A DNA stretch of 64,000 nucleotides, taken from the IMG/VR virus record IMGVR_UViG_3300032007_001727; one strand, written 5' to 3'. A program made the translations under genes and the position numbers. The notes beneath the pieces were generated by a model, which worked only from the letters and a program-made list of their open reading frames with translations, was not told the origin of the DNA and searched no databases. Numbering within the stretch: position 1 is the stretch's first letter; each line of letters starts with the position of its first letter. Positions 1 through 10,644 of this stretch are shown here, piece after piece. The stretch comes from a virus (Duplodnaviria > Caudoviricetes).

Positions 1-2
1 GC

Positions 3-167
3 AAGATTGCAACTTGGACGTTCAAGTTCAAGAACTGCAAGTATAACGGTGAGGTTGTAGATGCAGTCAACTACGGTCAGCACAACCAAGTGTTATATGG
101 CTATAACATCAACAAGAGTGGTGTTGTTAGTGATATTTCCGGTACCGTTAACGTTGTTTTTGAATAA
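3..167 (+). CDS. 3' end of a gene truncated by the window edge (hypothetical)
   Basis: Open frame KIATWTFKFKNCKYNGEVV...VNVVFE ending TAA at 165-167, followed by a terminator hairpin. Confidence 0.7.
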   Translation, partial: KIATWTFKFKNCKYNGEVVDAVNYGQHNQVLYGYNINKSGVVSDISGTVNVVFE

Positions 168-191
168 GTTATGTAAAAAAATACCATTTTT

Positions 192-226
192 AAGGCTTGC
201 AAACTCATACTTGCAAGCCTTTTTTT
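192..226 (+). terminator. Rho-independent terminator
   Basis: AAGGCTTGCAA/TTGCAAGCCTT inverted repeat followed by a T run. Confidence 0.8.
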
Positions 227-264
227 AAAAGAAAAAAAATAATCTAAAAAAAAGAAAAAAAACT

Positions 265-900
265 ATGATTATATTAATTGATAACGGTCACGGGTCAAAT
301 ACGGAGAAGAACGGCAAGTTCTCCCCAAAATTGGATTCAACCGTACAAGTGGACGGAAAGTTTACAAACAACGGTAGGTTCAGAGAGTGGAAATATAACC
401 GTGTAATAGCAAAGAAGGTGGTGCAAGAACTTAAGTCAAGCGGATATGACGCACGATTGGTTGTACCGGAGGACACGGACATATCTCTGTCTGAAAGAAT
501 TAGGAGAATCAATACCATCTGCAATAAAAACGGTGCAAAGAACGTAATACTTGTCTCAATACACTCGAATGCTTGCGGAAACGGCTCATCTTGGATGCAA
601 GCGAACGGATGGGAAGCCTATACCACTAAGGGTAAGACGAAGTCCGATGCATTGGCAGAATGTATCTATAACGAGGCTGAGAAGGAATTCAAGAACCGTA
701 AAATAAGAAAGGACATGAGTGACGGTGACAAGGACAAGGAGAGTGATTTCTATATTATAAAGAAATCATATTGCCCTAGTGTATTGACTGAGAATTTTTT
801 CTATGACAATAAGGATGACTTGAAGTATCTCACGTCTGATGAAGGCGTTGAATCCGTCGTTAGGGTACACGTAAATGGTATAAAGAAGGCGATTAAGTAA
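265..900 (+). CDS. N-acetylmuramoyl-L-alanine amidase (Amidase_3), probable endolysin
   Basis: Zn-amidase motifs ILIDNGHG, FRE, VSIHSNA, PSVLTENFF. Confidence 0.92.
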   Translation: MIILIDNGHGSNTEKNGKFSPKLDSTVQVDGKFTNNGRFREWKYNRVIAKKVVQELKSSGYDARLVVPEDTDISLSERIRRINTICNKNGAKNVILVSIHSNACGNGSSWMQANGWEAYTTKGKTKSDALAECIYNEAEKEFKNRKIRKDMSDGDKDKESDFYIIKKSYCPSVLTENFFYDNKDDLKYLTSDEGVESVVRVHVNGIKKAIK

Positions 901-977
901 AAAAAAAAATCGTGACGATTTGAATTTTAATCATTTTCACGATATTTATTATTAAATATTTTGAAAGAAGAATTAAG

Positions 978-1850
978 ATGAGTAAGAACATAGAGCACAT
1001 ACAGCATGTAAAGAGTGCAACTGTAGAGAACGGGAATCCGAAGTTACCTTCCGCTAGTCAGTTATTGGAAGGTGAGTTAGGCGTTAACTATGCAAACGGG
1101 TACGAGGTAATCGCACTTAAGAATTCCGACAATAAAGTGGTTAAGTTTTCTTCTGATGACTATTATTCCAAACAGAAACTTGGCAGTGGCTTTACGGGTG
1201 AGAACAGTGCGGTTACAGTAACCGACGTTATTGCCGAAAATGAAGAGATAACGTCAGCGGCACTTAATGACTTAAACGATGCAATAACCGAGCACACGGA
1301 AGATACCGGTGTGCACGTCACTCAGTCTGAAAAGTCAACTTGGAACAACAAGGCTGACGTGAACCACGGACATGTATCGAATGCCGTAAGTGCCATGACC
1401 GGCTACATAGTCGGTACTTCGAGTGGCAGCATTGTCACAAGTGATACACTCAACGTTGCAATCGGAAAGTTGGAGAAGCGGGCAAATGACGTTTCAACGA
1501 CGATTGGCAGCGGATTCACCAATGAAAGTATCACAAAAGTTACTGAGGACAACGAATACGCGATTGCGTCTTCGATTAATGACTTGAATACCGCCATTTC
1601 AACCCATTCGGTAAATGCAACGGCACACGTTTCAGCGACTGACCGTACAAATTGGAACGGAAAGGCAAGCGCAACACACGGTCATTCGTCAAACTCAATA
1701 AGCGCAATGACAAACTATTCCGTTGCCCAAACTAGTGCATATATTAATATTTCAGACACACTTAATGTTGCGATTGGAAAATTGGAGAAGAGAATCAACG
1801 ATTTGACTGCACAATTAGCAGACTTGGAACAAAGAGTGAATAACATGTAA
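978..1850 (+). CDS. Tail fibre/virion appendage protein with an internal duplication
   Basis: N-terminal LLEGELGVNY motif typical of fibre attachment domains; two copies of a ~98-aa unit (ALNDLN...WN.KA...HGH...DTLNVAIGKLEKR). Confidence 0.6.
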   Translation: MSKNIEHIQHVKSATVENGNPKLPSASQLLEGELGVNYANGYEVIALKNSDNKVVKFSSDDYYSKQKLGSGFTGENSAVTVTDVIAENEEITSAALNDLNDAITEHTEDTGVHVTQSEKSTWNNKADVNHGHVSNAVSAMTGYIVGTSSGSIVTSDTLNVAIGKLEKRANDVSTTIGSGFTNESITKVTEDNEYAIASSINDLNTAISTHSVNATAHVSATDRTNWNGKASATHGHSSNSISAMTNYSVAQTSAYINISDTLNVAIGKLEKRINDLTAQLADLEQRVNNM

Positions 1851-1869
1851 ATGAAATAAAAAAAAAACT

Positions 1870-2115
1870 ATGAACAAAATCTTTAAATGGTTGGGTGACT
1901 CCAACAGATGGAAGCATCTTGTGGGCGGAATTCTAATCGGAATGGGTTCAAATAGCCTTTATTGCGCGGCATATGCCGGAATAGGTGTCGCTTCAGCACT
2001 CGAACTTAAGGATAAGTTATGGGGCGGCAAGATTGATGTTATAGATTGGGCAATGACAGTTATAGGCGTTGCACTTGGCTATACCTCAAGAGTCGAATTA
2101 TTGCTTTTGCTTTAA
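1870..2115 (+). CDS. Small membrane protein
   Basis: 81 aa with hydrophobic Gly/Ala segments; KH...ELKD...D motif. Confidence 0.6.
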   Translation: MNKIFKWLGDSNRWKHLVGGILIGMGSNSLYCAAYAGIGVASALELKDKLWGGKIDVIDWAMTVIGVALGYTSRVELLLLL

Positions 2116-2225
2116 TTCAAAAAAATATTTATCATCATAAAGTTGTTTTTGACACTTTGCTGATATTTATTTTTAAAGTAATCAAATAAAAAACTAATAA
2201 TTAAAAATAAAATATTTTATAAATT

Positions 2226-3713
2226 ATGGCAAGAAATTTATATTCATTGCAACTTTTGCGTAATACTAACATTTACGCAGACAAGGCAACCGCCATTGCG
2301 GCTCTTAGTGGCGTTAGCACACAAGACGGTGTAATCGTATTGGCGCGTTACTATGGTGATACGGCACATACCCAAGTTAAGACCATGTTCGGTGTTAACT
2401 ATGTAGCCGGTGCTACTACCACCGGTGATACCGGTCACAGTTATACCTTCTATGATGCTGATTCCGAGGAAATCAAGCGCTTGAAGGTTGCTTCAGATGA
2501 CCAAACTTTGGATGTCGTTTATGCCGAGAGTGGCACGAACCTTTCTGTCAACATTGATGAATCGACAATCGTTAAGGATGCTAACGACGGCACGTTGAAG
2601 GCTGACTTGGAAGTGGTAAAACTTACGGCCACAGAGGTTGCTGCTTTAAGCGATACCAACGTTAAGGATGCCTATAAGATGATTGCTCACACCGATACCG
2701 CTAGAACTGCAATCGGTGAAGTTATCAAGATTTATAAGGACAGCGCCCTTCAAGATGTTTATCTTGGTCACGTGGATGATACGATTAATGCAACAACCGG
2801 TGAAATCACTTCGGGTACCGGTGACACGGCTCTATGTTTCGTCTATCTGTTGGCTGACGGCACCTATGATTTAACTGCGGTTAATGTTGAGGAGTTCCTT
2901 GAGGAGTCTGAGTTCAAGGATGGTTTACAAGTTGTTAACCATGAGGTATCTGTCAAGAAGGATGCTACGTCCGGAAAGGTTAAGACCGGTGACACGGCAT
3001 CTGATGAGGTTGACGTATTAACCGTTTCAAGCGGTGGTGTCAAGGTTGCCAATATCCAAGAGGCCATTGACTATGCCCTCACAAAGGCCGTAGGTGAGAT
3101 TACCTCTTCCAACGCTAGCATTAGCGCAACTACTGCTGCAACGGCTGATGGTACCATCCAATATGACCTTGTTACCGATGCCAACAAGATTAAGATGAGC
3201 GGCTTTACCGCCGACACAACCGGTCTGACCGCCATCACTGAGGCTAGCACCGTAACCGAGGCTGTTAAGGCTATCGAGACCGCAATGATTTCCAACGAGT
3301 TGGTAGTTAGTGCTGCCCTCAATGACCTCGACACGACCAAGATTGACGTAATCGAGGTTAACCACGTTGCAAGCAAGACAAGTGCTGCAACAGATGTTGT
3401 TGCTTCCGTTGAAATCGGTGGTTCTGACATTAAGTTAAGTGGCTATACCGTGCCTGCTTCACCTTCGGCAGTTACTTCTGCGGATACCGTTAACGAAGCA
3501 ATTGGTAAGTTGGAGGCACAGATTGCAGTGGCAGGTCTTGAGCAAGTAGAATCCGGTAACGGTATCAGCGTTAGTACTGTTGTGAATAGAAGGCAGACCA
3601 TCAGTGCTGTTGCTACTCCGGATGCTTCTACAGTAAGTGGTGTTGCAAATCCAATCAGCGTTACCACCAATGGTATTGAATTTGCCGGTGTTCTTGACTG
3701 CGGCACATATTAA
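2226..3713 (+). CDS. Tail fibre/structural protein
   Basis: Thr/Ala/Asp/Val-rich; shares SAALNDL and DTVNEAIGKLE motifs with 978..1850; C-terminal LDCGTY. Confidence 0.6.
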   Translation: MARNLYSLQLLRNTNIYADKATAIAALSGVSTQDGVIVLARYYGDTAHTQVKTMFGVNYVAGATTTGDTGHSYTFYDADSEEIKRLKVASDDQTLDVVYAESGTNLSVNIDESTIVKDANDGTLKADLEVVKLTATEVAALSDTNVKDAYKMIAHTDTARTAIGEVIKIYKDSALQDVYLGHVDDTINATTGEITSGTGDTALCFVYLLADGTYDLTAVNVEEFLEESEFKDGLQVVNHEVSVKKDATSGKVKTGDTASDEVDVLTVSSGGVKVANIQEAIDYALTKAVGEITSSNASISATTAATADGTIQYDLVTDANKIKMSGFTADTTGLTAITEASTVTEAVKAIETAMISNELVVSAALNDLDTTKIDVIEVNHVASKTSAATDVVASVEIGGSDIKLSGYTVPASPSAVTSADTVNEAIGKLEAQIAVAGLEQVESGNGISVSTVVNRRQTISAVATPDASTVSGVANPISVTTNGIEFAGVLDCGTY

Positions 3714-3743
3714 TTTGATGTTAGTTAATATGTAATCCATGAT

Positions 3744-3776
3744 AAAGGGGTGTCTAACAGTTAAACACCCCTTTTT
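3744..3776 (+). terminator. Rho-independent terminator
   Basis: AAAGGGGTGT...ACACCCCTTTTT hairpin just after the stop codon. Confidence 0.8.
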
Positions 3777-3877
3777 ATTGGCAATAACATAGGAGTGGCC
3801 ATTTTGCTTATGCTAATATTTATATTAGAAAAATACGCAAATGATATGAATAAGAAACTCAATTGTAGTAACTGCAA

Positions 3878-4081
3878 ATGGAAGATAATAGCAACATTAA
3901 CTATGAACAAGTTAGAATTGACGCAGCCATTAACGTCATGAATGCCATTCTGAGCAGTTCCATAATGGTCTTCTTCTTTGAGTTTATCTTTAAGAAGCAG
4001 ATTTCCGATATTGCGGTAAATTATGCCGACAAATTGGTTGAGGAGTTAAAAAATAAGAAAACTAATAAAATAAAAAATTGA
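3878..4081 (+). CDS. Hypothetical protein
   Basis: 67-aa ORF in gene order with its neighbours. Confidence 0.6.
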   Translation: MEDNSNINYEQVRIDAAINVMNAILSSSIMVFFFEFIFKKQISDIAVNYADKLVEELKNKKTNKIKN

Positions 4082-4090
4082 AAAAATATT

Positions 4091-4675
4091 ATGGTTAATT
4101 TAAGCACAAATCCTATGAATAGGTACTATTTTGTTAAAGATAAGGTTATCTTCAAAATAGACAGCACAAACCAAGACGGTGACATATGTGGCAGTAAACA
4201 TACTGAAGAACTCCCAAAGTTGGGGTTGAAGAAGCAAGACACATCTAGTGAAACCGATACACCAACATATTATTTGGACCAATTGATACAATGTGGTGAC
4301 CTTTTTGAAGAGGGTGCCTTTAAGCATGTTAATCACGGTGATGATTCGGAAGAGGAAATATTGTTTGACGCATACTTCAAGAATGTATGTGAGGATGAGA
4401 TTAAGATGAACGCGGTTAAGAAGAACCTCACTTTTACCGATGTCAAGAAGAATCCAAGCAAACTTGGTGTTCCCCTTTGGATGTTAACGGTAGACAGTGA
4501 ACAAGTTGACCCCAAATATAAGGTTGATGATATACAAATTAACATCACTCAAGATTCATTTGATACATATAAAAGAGAAGGTTTGGTTGAGATTGCAACG
4601 GAACAAGCCAACAATTTCTTGAAGCAATACGGTTACAAGGTAAAGACCTTGGAGATTGAAGGGCTTGGTGAATAA
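4091..4675 (+). CDS. Hypothetical protein
   Basis: 194-aa ORF with phage-like codon usage. Confidence 0.75.
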   Translation: MVNLSTNPMNRYYFVKDKVIFKIDSTNQDGDICGSKHTEELPKLGLKKQDTSSETDTPTYYLDQLIQCGDLFEEGAFKHVNHGDDSEEEILFDAYFKNVCEDEIKMNAVKKNLTFTDVKKNPSKLGVPLWMLTVDSEQVDPKYKVDDIQINITQDSFDTYKREGLVEIATEQANNFLKQYGYKVKTLEIEGLGE

Positions 4676-4762
4676 AACAAATAATAAAGGTGACAAATAA
4701 AAATTTTGCCACCTTTTTTGTTTATTTTTTTAAAAAACATTTTATTTTTTATAAAAAATAAT

Positions 4763-5092
4763 ATGACAATAGAGAAACTTATACATATTGAAAGGGCATT
4801 ATTGGAGATTGAATCAAGATACAAGTTTGTCCTACCGTTTAACGATGTCATAAGGCTCAAAACATTGTTGGATGAAATAGATGTCATCACAGACACTTTC
4901 ATTTCCTTACAAGACGAATATGCGTTGAAATACGATGACGTTGACAAACTTAGGGAATACCATGATAGACTTATCAATGAGAACATTGACTATGATAGGT
5001 TCAACGCGGTATTGTTTATATCAAACGTCTATGCCACGATTGCGGATGATGATTTCAAGCAACTTGTAGATGAACTTGGCATATTGAAGTAA
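4763..5092 (+). CDS. Hypothetical protein
   Basis: ATG at 4763 after an AT-rich leader preferred over the TTG start at 4706. Confidence 0.7.
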   Translation: MTIEKLIHIERALLEIESRYKFVLPFNDVIRLKTLLDEIDVITDTFISLQDEYALKYDDVDKLREYHDRLINENIDYDRFNAVLFISNVYATIADDDFKQLVDELGILK

Positions 5093-5104
5093 AATTTTGA
5101 ATTT

Positions 5105-6079
5105 ATGGCTGAAAAGAAAACATTGGAACACTTTTTAAATGAAATGAAGGAAATTCATAATGAATTGGATTTCAGTTTGGTGACGGAGTATGTAAGTAAT
5201 AATACAAAAGTAAAGGCAATATGCCATTGTAAGGATTATTTAGGTAGAGAGCACGGGGAATTTGAAATAACCCCGGCAAACCTAATAATGGGTAAGGGAT
5301 GCCCAAAATGCAAAGGCAAGGGGTTTACATCCGAAGATAGGAAAATGTTCTGTGAGAAGAAATATAATGGATTATATGATTACTCAAAGGCTGATTTCTC
5401 GACGGTTAAGAGGAAAACTACCGTAATCTGTAAGGAACACGGAGAATTTGAGATTAATTATGACCATCATTTCAATAACGGTGTCAAATGCCCATATTGT
5501 TCCTATCCTTCTAGGGATACGGAATCATTTAAGTTGGAAGCAATTAAGAAACATAATAATTTCTACAGTTATGACAAGGTAGATTATAAAGCATCCCTTA
5601 AAAAAGTGATTATAACGTGTCCGATTCATGGTGATTTTGAACAAACTCCAAATGCACACCTTAATGGTCAAGGCTGTCCCAAATGTGCTACTAGTACACT
5701 GATATTGGAGGAGACAATCAAAAGAGGTCTAGAAAGTGAAAGTATTAATTTTACACAAAACTTTAAACCATTGTGGCTGAAAAGAAAGGCTAGAGGCAAT
5801 TTGTCCTTGGATTTCTACATAGAAGACTTAAAACTTGCAATTGAGTGTCAAGGCAAGCAACATTTTGGTCTAGGCGGTTGGTCTGAGCACTTCAATTTTG
5901 ATGAACAGTTTGAGCGAGATAGGTGGAAAATGGAGCAATGTGGGGCAAATGGCATTGAGTTGGTCTATTTTGCAAGGCAAAAAGAGGCCCCGTCAGAATA
6001 TTTTGGTAAAATTTTTACTGATTTTTGTGAATTAATGGAACATATCAGATATTTATATAATAAAAAGGCATCAGCCTAA
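5105..6079 (+). CDS. Putative homing endonuclease: 3 Zn-ribbon repeats plus Vsr/PD-(D/E)XK-like nuclease domain
   Basis: Repeats of YDYS...C..HG.F...H..G.GCP.C; C-terminal LDFY...IECQGKQHF. Confidence 0.8.
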   Translation: MAEKKTLEHFLNEMKEIHNELDFSLVTEYVSNNTKVKAICHCKDYLGREHGEFEITPANLIMGKGCPKCKGKGFTSEDRKMFCEKKYNGLYDYSKADFSTVKRKTTVICKEHGEFEINYDHHFNNGVKCPYCSYPSRDTESFKLEAIKKHNNFYSYDKVDYKASLKKVIITCPIHGDFEQTPNAHLNGQGCPKCATSTLILEETIKRGLESESINFTQNFKPLWLKRKARGNLSLDFYIEDLKLAIECQGKQHFGLGGWSEHFNFDEQFERDRWKMEQCGANGIELVYFARQKEAPSEYFGKIFTDFCELMEHIRYLYNKKASA

Positions 6080-6124
6080 ATATTTAATGAATTAAAAAAT
6101 AATTATAATAAAAAAGAGAAAATT

Positions 6125-9100
6125 ATGGCAGATAATGCAAGAGGAATACACGTGAGTCCAGGTATATATACACGTGAAATTGATATGACATATGCTGTTC
6201 GTAGTTTAGGTATCACTACTCTTGGTGCAGTAGGTGAAACGCAGAAAGGACCGGCATTTCAGCCTATGGATATCTCAAATTGGCGTGAATTCCAAGAGAC
6301 TTTCGGCGGTACTAGCACTGAAAAATTCAAGGGTAGCCAATATCCAAAATACGAATTGCCTTACATTGCTAAGTCATATCTCACAGAATCCGAACAACTC
6401 AAGGTTGTCCGTGTGCTTGGCTTGAGCGGCTATAACGCAGGACCCGCATGGCTTGTTACCGCTTCATTGAACGGAGAAAACAAGAGGGCGGTTGCAGTTA
6501 TCCGTTCTAGAGGTACCTATCACCCTTATAATGCAAATTCGAGCGGCGATACCGCTTGTACTTGTGAACCTACGAAGTACGACACCTTAAAGTACGACGT
6601 AGGTGAGGTTTCGGGTCAGATGGTATCCGGCAAGTGTCAGAAGTTGGGTTATAACATGAGTGCTTTGGACATAGAGGAGTACATTCCACTCAATAGCGAC
6701 GGCAACGAGTGCGAAGGGTACGGTATGTCCGGTGGCAATGGCAGTTGGGAAATCTCACAGACCAACAGAGGAAGATTCAAGATTGTCGGTATCACCGGCG
6801 AACACGCAAATCCGACATCGCCAACTAAGGATTCTTCGGATTATTTCGAATATCCGGTTTCATTGAACCCATACGACAAGGAATATATCTTGAACGTGTT
6901 GGGCACGAAGGCTTATGACGGTGACGCACCGGTATTTGTTGAGTCATTGTATGACGTTGCGCTTGAGCAAGCCATTGCAAACGGTGACGTTGACCGCATT
7001 GACAGTGGCTTGACACCATTCAACGCTTATTTTACGGCAGACTTCTGCCACCATGAGCCAATCTACGGCATTGTAGAGAAGCCTCAGAGTTCACTTAACA
7101 GAAAGTATGTAGGAAGAAGGTATCTTGCCTCAAAGACGGCAACCGCTGACGGCATAACTTGTGTGGCCTATGACTATTCAAGCAACACTCCGGAGACATA
7201 CTATACACTTTGGAAGTCTCAAGATGAAGAAAGGAAATCAAAGGCTGTCAACCCACCAAGCCTAATGGCAGTTCAAACCGCAGAGTTTCAAAAGATTAAC
7301 AGTGAGTCTGCCGTTGTGGACACGGTCAAGACAACCGCTGAAACCACTTGGAACGACTTGGGTGTTAAGGACGCACCAAATCCATCGGCAGAAACGGGCT
7401 ATCACTTTAAACTCGTTGGCCGTTCAACCAAGTTTGTCGACGCAGCATTCAATGCCGTGCAAGAAAGCATGCTCGTTGGACAAATCTATACCGTAAGACA
7501 ATATACCACACAAGACGGAAAGAGACACTACTACTATACTTATTACAGCAAGAAGAGTGTTGACGAGGCATTTCCTAGTAGTGCACAGACCAACGTGGAG
7601 ACGGTGAACTACTACGGAAACTTGCTTAACGGCGGTGACAAGGGCAACACAGATGCCGGTTCGACGCTTGTCCTCAACAACGCAGACGGCTTGTATTACA
7701 GAATGAATTCCGCAAAGAATGACGTTACTTACGTAGAACTCGACATGAACGACTACAAGTCGGCATACCGCTACGCTTCAACTCCTTGGATTGTCTCCAA
7801 CTTGAAGGGTGACTTCAATCACATTGAAATGACGAAGTTGTTCCGTTTCCACACCATTTCCGACGGTGATAACGCAAACAGCGAGGTTAAGGTTTCAATT
7901 GAGAACATCAGACCGGACGAGGGTGTCTTCGACGTTGTTGTAAGAAAGATTGATGACGTTGACGAATCGATTGTTCCACTTGAGAAGTTCGGAAGATGTA
8001 ACATGATTCCGGGTGACTCAAACTACATTGCCTTCAAGATTGGCTCCTTCGACGGTGTTTATGAGAGCAAGTCCAAGTTCATTACCGTTGAGGTAAATGA
8101 GACAACTGCCGCTAGAACTTCAGTTCCTGCCGGTTTCTTGGGCTATCCTATTCCTTTGTACAGCGGTACGCCAATCAGCGGTGACCCACAGACCGGTGTC
8201 ACATTCCCGACCATCATGTACAACAGATTCTTCGATGAGGACATTAAGAACCGTAAGCAGTACTTCGGACTCTCGTCTTGGGTAGGTGTTGACATTGACA
8301 ACTTTATGTTCAAGGGCACAAAGGCTTACATCAACAATCCTCATTTCTTGAGCCACGGCTTCCACCTTGACTCTAGGCTTGACGAGTCCGCAAGGGCAGT
8401 TGACAGCAACGAGTTGACCGTAACGGTTGACGGTGAGAGTGGCTACACGTTCGACTCAGTTTCAACGAACGCAAGGACGCAAGTGCTCGACCAACCACCA
8501 ATCATAGGCAAGGAGACCGAAATGTACGGTTCAATCTACGAGTACGTCAACCTTAGAAAGTTCACCGTGTTCTTCTATGGCGGCTTTGACGGTTGGGACG
8601 TATATAGGGACCAAAGAACCAATACCGACGAGTTTAAGATGTCTCAATACAGAGGCTTCATCAACCAAGGCAGCGGTGAGGGTTATTCCTTCAACAAGAT
8701 AATGGACCCGGAGGCTTTGGCATTGAACCAAAACGGTATTACCTCCGACTGGTATGCTTATCTCAGCGGCATCAGACAATTTGCAAATCCGGAAGCAACC
8801 GACATTAACGTATTCTGTACCCCGGGTATCGACTACGTAAATCAGAAGTTGCTCGTCGAGGAGGCAATTGAAATGATTGAAGAGGAGAGAGCAGACAGTA
8901 TCTACGTCATAACCACTCCGGACAAGCCAAGCGGTGCGGGTGACTACGTTGACGAAATGTACACCCCCGATGACGCAGTCTATAACTTGGAAGACACTGA
9001 GATTGACTCCAACTATTCTTGCACCTATTATCCTTGGGTCAAGTATTTCGACGTTGAGAACAATCAGTACATCTTCCTTCCTCCTACAAAGGATGCCGTA

Positions 9101-9628
9101 AGGAATTTCGCTCAGACGGACAACCAAGCATATCCTTGGTTCGCTCCGGCCGGTGTTGAACGCGGACAAGTTGATTGTGTTAGGGCAAAGTTCATCACAA
9201 AGTTGGCTGACGAGGATGTCCTCTATGACGGAAGAATCAACCCAATCAAGACCTTCGCACAAGACGGTCCCCGCATTTGGGGTCAGAAGAACCTCCAAAT
9301 CAACGAGTCGCAACTCAACCGTATCGCAGTACGTAGGCTGTTGCTCAGAATGAGAAAATTAATTGCAATCGCTTGCATTGGTCTCATCTTCGAGCCAAAC
9401 GACGCAACCGCAAGACAGTCCTTTATCTCGGCAGTTTCCCCAATATTGGAGAACATTAGAAGCAACCGTGGTATCTCCGACTATAGAATTGAGGTGAACG
9501 ACACCGTTGAGTCAAGGGAGAGAAGAGAACTTCCGGCAAAGATATACTTCAAACCATATAATGCACTTGAATATATCAGCATTGATTTTATTTTGACTCC
9601 GGAAGGGATATCATTTGATGATATTTAA
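6125..9628 (+). CDS. Contractile tail sheath protein
   Basis: N-terminal VSPGIYTREID, GET.KGPAF.P; C-terminal PWFAPAG..RG, RINPI, WGQKNLQ, LNRIAVRRLL, FEPND. Confidence 0.95.
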   Translation: MADNARGIHVSPGIYTREIDMTYAVRSLGITTLGAVGETQKGPAFQPMDISNWREFQETFGGTSTEKFKGSQYPKYELPYIAKSYLTESEQLKVVRVLGLSGYNAGPAWLVTASLNGENKRAVAVIRSRGTYHPYNANSSGDTACTCEPTKYDTLKYDVGEVSGQMVSGKCQKLGYNMSALDIEEYIPLNSDGNECEGYGMSGGNGSWEISQTNRGRFKIVGITGEHANPTSPTKDSSDYFEYPVSLNPYDKEYILNVLGTKAYDGDAPVFVESLYDVALEQAIANGDVDRIDSGLTPFNAYFTADFCHHEPIYGIVEKPQSSLNRKYVGRRYLASKTATADGITCVAYDYSSNTPETYYTLWKSQDEERKSKAVNPPSLMAVQTAEFQKINSESAVVDTVKTTAETTWNDLGVKDAPNPSAETGYHFKLVGRSTKFVDAAFNAVQESMLVGQIYTVRQYTTQDGKRHYYYTYYSKKSVDEAFPSSAQTNVETVNYYGNLLNGGDKGNTDAGSTLVLNNADGLYYRMNSAKNDVTYVELDMNDYKSAYRYASTPWIVSNLKGDFNHIEMTKLFRFHTISDGDNANSEVKVSIENIRPDEGVFDVVVRKIDDVDESIVPLEKFGRCNMIPGDSNYIAFKIGSFDGVYESKSKFITVEVNETTAARTSVPAGFLGYPIPLYSGTPISGDPQTGVTFPTIMYNRFFDEDIKNRKQYFGLSSWVGVDIDNFMFKGTKAYINNPHFLSHGFHLDSRLDESARAVDSNELTVTVDGESGYTFDSVSTNARTQVLDQPPIIGKETEMYGSIYEYVNLRKFTVFFYGGFDGWDVYRDQRTNTDEFKMSQYRGFINQGSGEGYSFNKIMDPEALALNQNGITSDWYAYLSGIRQFANPEATDINVFCTPGIDYVNQKLLVEEAIEMIEEERADSIYVITTPDKPSGAGDYVDEMYTPDDAVYNLEDTEIDSNYSCTYYPWVKYFDVENNQYIFLPPTKDAVRNFAQTDNQAYPWFAPAGVERGQVDCVRAKFITKLADEDVLYDGRINPIKTFAQDGPRIWGQKNLQINESQLNRIAVRRLLLRMRKLIAIACIGLIFEPNDATARQSFISAVSPILENIRSNRGISDYRIEVNDTVESRERRELPAKIYFKPYNALEYISIDFILTPEGISFDDI

Positions 9629-9656
9629 AAAAAAAAAACTAAAATCTAATATTTAA

Positions 9657-9688
9657 AATTCCCAAGATTTTTCTTGGGAATTTTTTTG
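9657..9688 (+). terminator. Rho-independent terminator
   Basis: AATTCCCAAGA/TCTTGGGAATT hairpin plus T run after the sheath gene. Confidence 0.75.
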
Positions 9689-9762
9689 GGAACAATATAG
9701 CAGTTGACTCTAAATATCAATAGTGTATAATTATACAAAAATGAGCAGCCAATTACGGTTGC

Positions 9763-10641
9763 TCATTTTGTGTTTGGTAGAATCTTTATTTTTCCCATGC
9801 ATTTCATAAGGCTTGAGAACCATTGCGGTATTTGTATTCCGTAGTCATTCTTTATCTTCGCCTTGTCCAACACTGAATATCTAGGTCTTACGGCCTTTGT
9901 CTTGAATTCTTCGCTGTGAATCGGTATAATCTTGCACGTTGAGCCGGAAATGAACCTTATTGCACTCGCAAAGTCATACCAAGAGCAAACACCCTCGTTT
10001 GAATAGTGGTATATTCCACCATGTACACCCCTAGAGATAACGGTACAAATCGTAAACGCCAAGTCATTTGCCCACGTTGGACTCCCCACTTGGTCAAACA
10101 CCACTGAAATCTCATCCTTTTCATTGAAGAGTCTTAACATGGTCTTCATAAAGTTCTTTCCGTACTTTGAATACAGCCACGAGGTTCTTATAATCATCAC
10201 CTTTCCGTATGACTCCATCATTTTCTCCTCAACACACTCCTTTGACCTTCCGTATTCGGATAACGGCCTTGTCTCGTCAGTTTCCTTGTACGGTGTGTTT
10301 GACATTCCGTCGAACACGTAGTCCGAAGATATGTGAACAAGCCACGTGTCATTCTCCTTGCAAGCCTCAAGCAAGTTAAGGGCACCCTCAACGTTTACCT
10401 TGTGGCACATTTCAATTCCATCATCCTCACAAGCGTCAACGTTTGTGTACGCGGCACAGTTGACAACGCAGTGAAAATTACCGGATGAAACGTATTCGTA
10501 AACATCTTCAAGAGAAGTTATGTCAAGTTCCTCCCTAGAGGTGAACACAAACTCAAGATTCGTGAATTTATTGGAAACGTCCCTCATTTCCATGCCAAGT
10601 TGCCCGTTTGCACCGCAAACCAAAATTCTTTTTTTATCCAT
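9763..10641 (-). CDS. rmlD: dTDP-4-dehydrorhamnose reductase
   Basis: GANGQLG Rossmann motif, NCAAYTNVD, HISSDYVFDG, catalytic YGRSK, RTSWLYS, DQVGSPT, RPRYSVL. Confidence 0.93.
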   Translation of the reverse strand: MDKKRILVCGANGQLGMEMRDVSNKFTNLEFVFTSREELDITSLEDVYEYVSSGNFHCVVNCAAYTNVDACEDDGIEMCHKVNVEGALNLLEACKENDTWLVHISSDYVFDGMSNTPYKETDETRPLSEYGRSKECVEEKMMESYGKVMIIRTSWLYSKYGKNFMKTMLRLFNEKDEISVVFDQVGSPTWANDLAFTICTVISRGVHGGIYHYSNEGVCSWYDFASAIRFISGSTCKIIPIHSEEFKTKAVRPRYSVLDKAKIKNDYGIQIPQWFSSLMKCMGKIKILPNTK

Positions 10642-10644
10642 TGT

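Noticed and set aside
4209-4219. 11-nt match of spacer 3 (AACTCCCAAAG) to gene 4091..4675
   Set aside because: Too short and does not extend; expected by chance.
8531-9313. Long antisense ORFs (8531..9313, 26522..27139, 38218..38826 and others)
   Set aside because: Shadows of well-supported genes on the opposite strand, with no recognisable motifs.
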